A stretch of 63,132 bases of DNA, the filler included, from Platydemus manokwari (taxonomy: Eukaryota): NCBI GenBank assembly GCA_037951405.1. It is 6 parts of 6 records of this genome, joined end to end, with 100 filler letters (N's around TTAATTAATTAA, not from the genome) between each part and the next. Parts side by side here need not be neighbours in the genome. Positions count along the whole stretch, not along the records: positions 53,783 to 63,132 come from JBBMOY011260763.1; 5 more parts are not named here. One strand, given 5' to 3'. Shown one piece after another: positions 53,926 through 63,132 of the stretch. The stretch's first letter is position 1, and each line of letters begins with the position of its first letter. The notes under the pieces were generated by a model. It was not told the origin of the DNA, did no database searches, and was given only the letters and a program-made list of their open reading frames with translations. The translations under genes and the position numbers were made by a program.

Positions 53926-56900
53926 TCTATAAAATATAAAAAAAACAATAGTCTATGCACATTCGTCAATGAAATCGACGTACGAATATTAAATGAAAAA
54001 TTCAAACAAGAACAATTGTTTCCCGTTTGAAATATTGATTTATAATTTTTCAGAATTGTCTAACAGAGTTCATATTTTCTTTATTATTATTACTATCTCT
54101 CCATCTCAATAATTGGAGATCCTCGTTTTTGTTTGTGACAGTATCAGCATTTAAACATCAACTACAACAATTAATATTTCAATAACGTTTTGTATTATCC
54201 TTGATGGAATTATAGATTTGATAGTGACGATGATATTTAACTGTCACCGTATTACATGCCATTTTATAATACTGCATTTATTACCAAACCCATTACCATT
54301 GAAGAAAACAACATTGTTTCTCATTGGATCATTCTTCTTCCACATAGGGTTATAAATAAATATCATGAAAATTACAATGATAAAAGGTCAACAGTAATGT
54401 CATTGAAAGTGAAATCAATATTGAGTCGATACTTACATCTAATCCCCAAATAATATTTAACGGTTTTTTATTCGTGATATTTTTACGAACAACATTCACA
54501 TTTTTTCAAGTGGACGTACTAATTATGATGTGCCGAAAATACGGAACTATGACAATTCGATTAATAGTAGGGTGATTTATTATTTCATTGGTAAAACACT
54601 ATTCATCGTTTTGCGGCTAAAACTTGATCAGATTTTTACAGGAAGTCCCATAATTTAATCAATTCACGAGAAATAATTTTTAAATATCAATATAAATGAT
54701 TAATTAAATTTGTTTGAATATGTTGATTGAACATGCATTTGTGGTTTGAGTTTAACGAACTAGGAACAGTAGACATGGATACTGTGCATTTGGATTCGAC
54801 TATGAGAAGATCGAATAATAAAAAATACAGAAAATGTATTGAATAAATAGAGATTCGTATGTATATATATAGAGAGAGAGAAAGAGAATTCCATGGAGAT
54901 AATATAAAGAATATATAGATTATTTCAGATAGAGAATATATAAAATAAATAGAGTCCAACAACAACACATGTTAAGAAAATTAAAGGTTTATAGAATCAT
55001 TTGAAAATTTTATCATTACTCATTCATTGTTCTAATTATTGATATTAAAAAATATAAATAATCTATTTAATTGATTTTGAATACTTTGATTAAATATACT
55101 TTTGTGGGTTAATGTTCTTAAATACGATTTCAATTCGTTTTTAATGAAATAACAGCAGATAACAATCATCAAACGTATTTTACTAACAAGAATTGTTTGG
55201 CAATCTCGAAACACAAAAATTAGAACCATAAAATGAGTTATAGTAATGAAATGTTATTGAATGCGAATTCGTCTAAAATTACTTCTTATATTTCTTCAAA
55301 TTCGTTACAAAATTATCGTTGGCACTGCCAATGGTCCTATATCACATCTGACAACGTAATGAAACGATGATATATATTTTCAAGAATGGCGTTAAGTCTG
55401 GAAAGTTTTCAGAATTTTTTTAATTGCTTCGCAGGATTCTTGGATATTCACCTAGTTGATATCTATGTAAACATAAATGATCAGAGAAAAGAGATCGCAC
55501 AGATTTCACTACACACTGATTGTTTCAGCCATTTTCTGTCATGGATTCGGACCATTAAGTATATCATTTAAATTTAAAAATGAAAATGTTAAAAAGGTTC
55601 GAATTTACAATGGTTTGATTACAGAATTTTTATTTTAAACGACATAATAATATGATGCCAACGATAACTCGGTTAATGGTTTTCTCATATTTTTACGCAT
55701 GGCTGCAAATTATTATTCATCTTCATCATCATATCTCTGCTTTCACATTGAGCCTATTGGGAAACAAATGAAAAGTAATAAATCTGATCTTAAGGATTAT
55801 ATTGTGATAAATAAATAAATTCAACTTTTATTAGTGTAAAAAATATTTTATCCAAAAAATTGCTTTATTTATTTAGAGGGAAATTCCAAAGAAAAATTAT
55901 TCCGCAAAAATAAAACTCAATAATAAAATTGTTGTTGTTGTTTTTTCAATTAATTATAGAGTATTGTTGTCATATGTGAGTGTGCCAGAATAATCTCAAT
56001 TTGAGATCAACAATTAATCTATTAATGTCAATAATATGAATGATAATTTCTTTAAGTTCACAATAGCAGAATACTAGTTCCATTGTTAATTCGTTTTTGC
56101 GGATTTTGAAACACAAACCATTTCAATTGTAGTTTTGATATAATTTTTAACGATTAAGTCAGAAGCCTGATGTCATGCAATAAAGAATTCTGAAAATCAA
56201 TTATTGATAAAAAAAAACTTAAAAAATTTAAAAATACATGTCAAATATACGAAAGAAAATATTCAATCGATAAGAAAATGGGCAAAAATATTGATTTTTT
56301 TTAATAAATAAATAAAAATAAAATGAATGGATATAGAATGAAAATATATAATAATTATTGAAGGTCAAATAAATAAATAAATGGAATTATTTAAAAGAAA
56401 ATAATAAGCCGATAAAATTAATAATCATAACCTAATAACGAATGACCTCAAAACTAACTCGTCATCTTCAAAACCATATTATAAAATGGTTTGATAGATA
56501 ATAATTAATTGGAATAATTCAAAAGCTAAGTAGCAGTAATGCAGATACAACATATATTGATCATGATGTACTGGCCAGTAAAAATAAGTAAAACAATAAA
56601 GATTTCATCGAAAACGAAATCTGGACAATTAGGAAGTAAAGTTATTTTTAGTAATTTTCAACAACCAATCAAAAATTGGATGGAATGAAACTTTGGAAAA
56701 AATAATAATTGAGTTTTATAGATTGCTATGAAAAGCAATCAGATCCAAATAATATGGAATACGTAGAAAATATTAAAATGGAAAATAAATCATGCATATG
56801 ATTAATAAGAAAAAATAGATATTATTTTTGCATAAAGGGTACGTGATTCAGTATGTTGAAAAATGATAATAGTTTTGTGAGATAATTATATTATCAGACA

Positions 56901-57434
56901 AAGTGGACAATATCTTAGCAGAAATTTCAACAGTATTGAAAGATGCTTAAAACCAGTATTAAATTAATTGATAACGATTTCTTTTAATGTTTTCGGAAAA
57001 GAAAATCCCAAAACAAATGGGGCAAGCAAACATATTCTTCATCGGGTTTATTCATCATATTTCAATCTGAGTTGAGTAAAGCTTTGGTTCAGAATTGGAA
57101 AAAACAATGAACAATAGAACATCCATAAAACCTCAAATTAATAATCGGATATATTAGATGTCTCAAATACATTACGAATTTCATCACGGATTTAATAGCA
57201 AAAGACACAACAATCTTCCATCAATAATGGATTTGTTTTAAACGACTATTTCGGGCTAAATTTAAATGCAGAATTCTAAAAAAACATTACACTAAAAATA
57301 TCGAAATTCAGCTGAAAAAACATTTAGATTTAATCTACAGATCAGACGAAAATATATCTTTATCTATCTATTAATACATACATGGGAAGCATTGAAATAG
57401 ATATCACGGAAAATTAAGAACCCAGAAATAATAT

Positions 57435-57437
<3 letters not shown>

Positions 57438-57467
<30 letters not shown>
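57438..57467. repeat. (AAT)n microsatellite
   Basis: About 10 AAT units. Confidence 0.9.
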
Positions 57468-60400
57468 CCGCTTGAAACCATATATGAAAAATTTAGTGTA
57501 ATCAATACAGTAAAGTCTGTCTGATTCGTCAAATTGAGATAATTAGAGATTTTAGTATTTGTAGAGAATTTTGGAAAACGAGAAAAAAATATGATTCAAG
57601 CAATAAAAAAATTTCCTAATACTTGTGAAAATGGCGAAATATTGTTGTAAAGAAAAACACTGGCAAAATTGAATAGCGAAACCAAACAGACCACACTATT
57701 CTTTTGTTTGACAAGAAATTCACGCGTGGATTTTATATTAATTCTACAGAGTTATTTCTCAATCAAACGTGTCAAAATTCTCAATATAATTATAATACCG
57801 TTAATAGATGATAATAAAACTCTTCCAAATACTGATTTGGTTTGATGTTGTGATTCGGTTTGTTTTAAATAACGATAGAAGAAAGTACAGAGATTCACAA
57901 CAATAAATTCAACCCAAAATCCGTGTGATAAAAAATCCATTGCCTCGTTTATAATTTGGAATATTTATCTATGGTAAGACATTCCCAACGCTTCAAACCT
58001 TTACCAAATCATTTATAATAGATAAATCAATGACATTTTATAATCAATAATTGATTTCATTAAGATTATTTATATTAATTAATATTAAAAAATCCAGATT
58101 GTTTTAATGTGTGCGATCGAAATTTCCTTTTTTTTTAAATTACAGAATTACACGGTAAAAAAAAACAAAAAAAATTAAAAGAAAAAAGAAAATTAAACGA
58201 AAAAAAAATTTTTGTTTTAAATTCCATTAGCATCAATTTGTCAATGATAATTATAAATAATAATTGATGTTAATTATCGCTGATTAATAATTAATTGAGC
58301 AATTAAATCATTTATTAATTCATTAATATTAATTTAGTAGAATTATATTAACTATTTAGTTCATTGAAATGAATGTCAGGCGAATTGGATTTGAAGAATC
58401 GTATTTATCGTTTCGATTTGAAAAAGGGTAGACATTTTAAGAACAGGTTTCGGCTTGAATATGTTTTTTTCGTAATTCAGAGCATTTGTAGATCAATTAT
58501 AATTGTTAATCACCTCTCAAATACCACTCCATTCCGAACCAATTGGAATGACATGAGTGGTTATATGAACTCATAAACACACTATTCATTGGTTTATCGA
58601 GTTACAGTTCGACATTCGTGTGATATTAAACCATAAAAAGTATTCATATTTAATAACAAACAGAAAAAGAAAACATTGGTAAATGGTTCTGCTTCAATGA
58701 CATACAACACTTTTGTTTTGAATCACTAGATACCATGTGTTTTACAGACAAATTAGTATTTTGTATTTTCATAAATAAACTTCTCTTTATTCTATCAGGA
58801 AGTATCGATGAACTAAGACAGTCGTTTCAAAGATCCACTACTTAACACACATTAAAAAGTCATGGAAAGAAAATATTTCGGAAAATCAAGAGAGAAAACA
58901 ATATAAAACTTATTGTTTATTCGAATCTTGTAATTGTGATGAATATTATCCCATTTTAATCTCAATAATTCCTTGGATTATGTGAATCAAACGAGAAAAG
59001 TAGTCAATTTTTGATTGTATTTGTTTTTCCATGCAAAAGAAATCACTTTCATAAAGGATTACCGATGAGAAACAAATTTTCTTTTCCAATGGATTCTTGG
59101 AAAAGCGTTCTGAAAATTTTCTAATAAAAAAATGGATTTACAATTGCAAAAAACAATACCCTACCAATAAAAAATGAAATAATACAATAACAATGGTGGA
59201 AAAAATGAGCATCATTAATCTCTTTATTCATAAACGACCCAATGAAAAACCATCATAAAAATATGAAGCATAAAAAAGAGGTAAAAAAAAAAACTTCTGT
59301 CAATATAAAATCGCAGTAATATTGAAAAAATTTTCAAAGACGAAGAAAAAAATTTGTTTTCGTCTAACAGGAATAAAATACAATGAAATCAATAGAGGAT
59401 TAAGATGGGGAAAGAATAATAATAAAAAAAAACAACAACAACAACAATGTATGAACGCAAACATTTTCAATGAAAAATTGTATAACTTCTTTTTAAATAA
59501 TAAAACGAATGACATCAAAAGAAAATTTCAACTTTAAAAGGAATTGATTGATTTGAAATAATGAAAAACAAGAAGATTCTCAACTTCAAAAAAAAATACA
59601 GAGCAGAAAACACTGAAAAAATAAACAATCTGAAAACATTTGTTTATAAAATTAGTTCGAGAAACACATAAAAATAATCATAGTGTTTGTCTTGCTATTA
59701 ACCAACCCGAAAATAACCAGAATCTTGCACTACCCATGAAATTATTCCCAACTTTATATTCAGGGATTAATAAAGAGTCTTAAATTCATGCACTGACTTA
59801 TCCATATTGTTCATTTGAATCGTATTGAAAATGATCTTACGTAAAATGAATAAAATTTTTAAAGAATTAATGTTTTAAGTGTAGTGACTTTTCAATTCGT
59901 TTTCAATCCGAACTCTATAACATAGTAGTGGCTTTACAATACTAAAATAACATCTTATTTGCAGAGTCTTGATTTCAAGGGAAGCTTAATCTCGGTTTCA
60001 ATATAAAAGCTATTTCATATGCAACAAAGTTGATTCAGTTTGTTAATATTAAACCTCATCACTTGTCTGAGATCAGATTTTATAAAAAGAAAATTAATTT
60101 AATGAAGACCAGATGACGTTACTACGTTTTCTGTTATAACGGGAGATAAAGGATTTGGTGCATAGAATTTCTGAATTTGGAATTATCATTATCGGTTATA
60201 GGAATTTTGCATCACATCTTATCTCTCTGCAATGACCGAAATATGAACACTTTACTCTGTCAGTGCGACATTTATTTGAAAACCATTATCACCCGAAAAA
60301 ATACAGTTTATTCTTTTAAATTGTGGATGATCTGTTAAGATCCTATCAAGTTTAAATATAAATTAAGTGGTAATTAAATAATAATTAAGACCTTTCAACT

Positions 60401-63132
60401 TATACTTTAAAATACAGAATCAAATCATCGAATATCTACCTAACTACGTGAATCATATACAATTGATATACTTATAAATTATTATGAACCTTATTTATAC
60501 TTATAGCTGGCAGGAAACACATAAATCAACAACACATGACAATCTTCCAAAATGTCTATCTATATTTGGAAACCACCCTCAATTTGCGAGAATGAAACAA
60601 ATTATATGTCATCGTAAATAATAAAAATCATTTCCAAACATAAAATTAAAAAGAATAAAAACAGATCAAAAGAATAAAAACCTAACGGAATTAAAAATAG
60701 ATATTTTTTAAAAAAAAAATTGAAAAAATAAACTTTTTACAACTCATGTAATTAAAATTAAATTTCCAACCAAAATAAACATTCCATTTTCCGAGTTAAA
60801 AATAAACCTCATATTTTAACACTGAAATAAAATTAACCCGTAAATAACTTTGAAAAAATAAACCAATAAGAACAAGTTTCAAGTGTTGAAATGAGAATAA
60901 TCAGTGGAAAAATACCCCACTAAATAACATTTTAAAAAAATGTCTCATTTGTTTAAATATTACAATGAAATAAAATTCAGTTCATTTTCAAATTGTGATA
61001 CACACATCAAATTTCGTTGTTCGGTGATTTAATGTGCCGTGTTCGCTGGACGATTGAAACCCACTCATTAATAAATAAAAACTACCAAATTGTTCATTGA
61101 TCTAATGGAATAAAATGCCATTGATAATTTTATTGGTTTATTTTTGTTCACTTTCATGTATTTTTGATCCAACAATTTGTAACGGAAAGTACGATCAAAA
61201 TTGGTTGTATTGAAAAGTTAATTAATTAGCCAAATGAGTAAATTTGATTTAACCATTGATATATATTCCAGAGTTAATGATTTATTTACGCCAGTTTGCA
61301 ACTTTATTAAACATAAGTCATTATAATTATCGAACACATCTATTGGCCACTGTGATTAATAACATCGATACTTTATTAGAACATAGTAATTAAAAACAGA
61401 CCAATTAATATTCACAATGCAGTCTATATGGCACACTATATAAAAATCCAAATTTGATTGACTCTAATAATAAACAAAACAAAATTCATAATCTTACTAA
61501 TAAAGAATCAGTTCACAAGTTCATTTAAAAATAGAATAGCCTAATTGTAGAGACAGTCATTAATGGAAAGTCTTTCGACGTCGTAAACCAAATTAATCAT
61601 AACAAAACGATTTATTTATAAAAAACAATTTTAAATAACTCACTGAATTCTTTTGTAGAAATTTATTAATTTAATTTTCACTTAAAATTGCTAATCTGAT
61701 TTTTTAAGATAGTACGCAAAAGTAAGTGCCAATCAACAGATAACCACACAAAAAATAAATTAAACTCTAAATTTTACGATGTCTAATAATGGTATAATAT
61801 AATTAATATCATAATAAATGATTACAAACTTTAATTATACAATAACATCATAACAATTAGAAAAACTTACATTTTTATTTCAATTGAAAATGATTGAAAT
61901 TCATTTCTAAAATTAAATCAATTTAATTTTTTTTTAAATTAGGACAAATGATATTTTACATACATTTAACAATTTACCATACATAAGTTTACTCTAACAA
62001 TATAATTAAGTTTTTAAACAATTTCAAATTCATTGACCTTAGATTTAGATGTTTAAAAGTATTCCATTTAATACATACTTTTAATATATTCAAAATAATT
62101 CTAAAATGATCAAGTTTGAATTTTTCAAATTGAGCCATGTGAAAAATTTTTTGCTTTTAACTTAGTAAAATTTTTGAATCTAAGATTGTATATGCTTCGA
62201 ATTTTAAATCTAGAGATATAATTCAAATAGTACAGATTTGTATTTAAGTATGTGTATATAGCAATAATAAAGTTTTATAAAATTACTTAAAATATAAGGC
62301 TTTATGATTTATGAAATTATCTTTACCTCTATTTTATAGTATCGAATTTCATATATTGTAAAATCAATAATTTCAAATTACAGCCTTTTCATTTTTTCAA
62401 TATTTTCTACATAATATTTTCTGGTAATCTCATGCATAAATAATTGTGTTTATCTTTTCATTTCAGAAAATAAAAGATCGTCATAAAACTTATACTCTCA
62501 CAATTTGATAATAACTTTACTTAGAATGATGTTAGATTATTGTTATAGTTGTTAACAAACAGATTCACGTTATTGAATAGAGGTATAATTTAATTGATAC
62601 ATAGCTACCAGAACACAACATTTGTTTCGACAAAGTGTATGGAAGTAAAGGATTACAGAAAACAAAAAATATTTTTATAATCTATTGCTTTTATTAAATT
62701 AATCAATGAATATCGACTAATTTTTCATTAATTATAGAAATGGTTGAATCTCCTTCATTTTTAATAACGGATAAGCTCTGAAAGACTCCATATATTTTGG
62801 TATTGCTATTTTTTCTTCAAATATACTCTCTCAATTTGGATCGCATTTCCACAACATACAAATTAGTCAAGATGTGTGAAAATTTCGTTCATATCTCTGA
62901 TTGTCAAATTCTCAACATTGAGTTTGGTGGATTTTGTGTTACATTAAAAAGAAATAACTAAAAACATTATGAAACATTGATTTATCAAAAATCAGTGATT
63001 TTATTCAAAAATTATTTATACCCAAATTGTGACATTATTTCTCTCCAAATTCGATAGTTAATGGGAATTATTTTTATAAGATAATTTTACCACAAGTACT
63101 TCAAAATTAATCATGTTTTATAAAAGAAATAC

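Noticed and set aside
53930-63132. Short ORFs and exon-like stretches in the last contig
   Set aside because: No recognisable protein motifs or consistent splice chain. Likely intronic, UTR or intergenic.
1-63132. tRNA, rRNA and spliced-leader RNA genes
   Set aside because: No cloverleaf, rRNA or SL signature recognised by eye. A tRNAscan/Rfam run would be needed to exclude them.

Overview
A very AT-rich eukaryotic window, probably from an invertebrate: the short GT-AG introns and gene content would fit a planarian-type flatworm, but that is inference. It is not contiguous DNA. Six contigs (1-10612, 10713-23079, 23180-32033, 32134-41230, 41331-53682, 53783-63132) are joined by artificial 100-bp N44-TTAATTAATTAA-N44 linkers. 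Genes reconstructed exon by exon: complete exportin-1/CRM1 (9 coding exons, 1074 aa), complete ZPR1 (5 exons, 439 aa), and the 5' part of an SLC16/MCT transporter. Single-ORF genes: an intronless, highly divergent ABCA-type transporter with degenerate ATPase motifs, an orphan type-I membrane protein, and a secreted 8-cysteine peptide with a helical-hairpin (nemertean B-IV toxin-like) spacing. There is a decayed Ty3/Gypsy element, other transposon remnants and probable lectin/ApeC pseudogenes. The most striking unannotated signal is two tandem type III hammerhead ribozymes on the minus strand (10006-10188), spaced 125 nt apart like a minimal retrozyme/circular-RNA unit, next to two strong hairpins.
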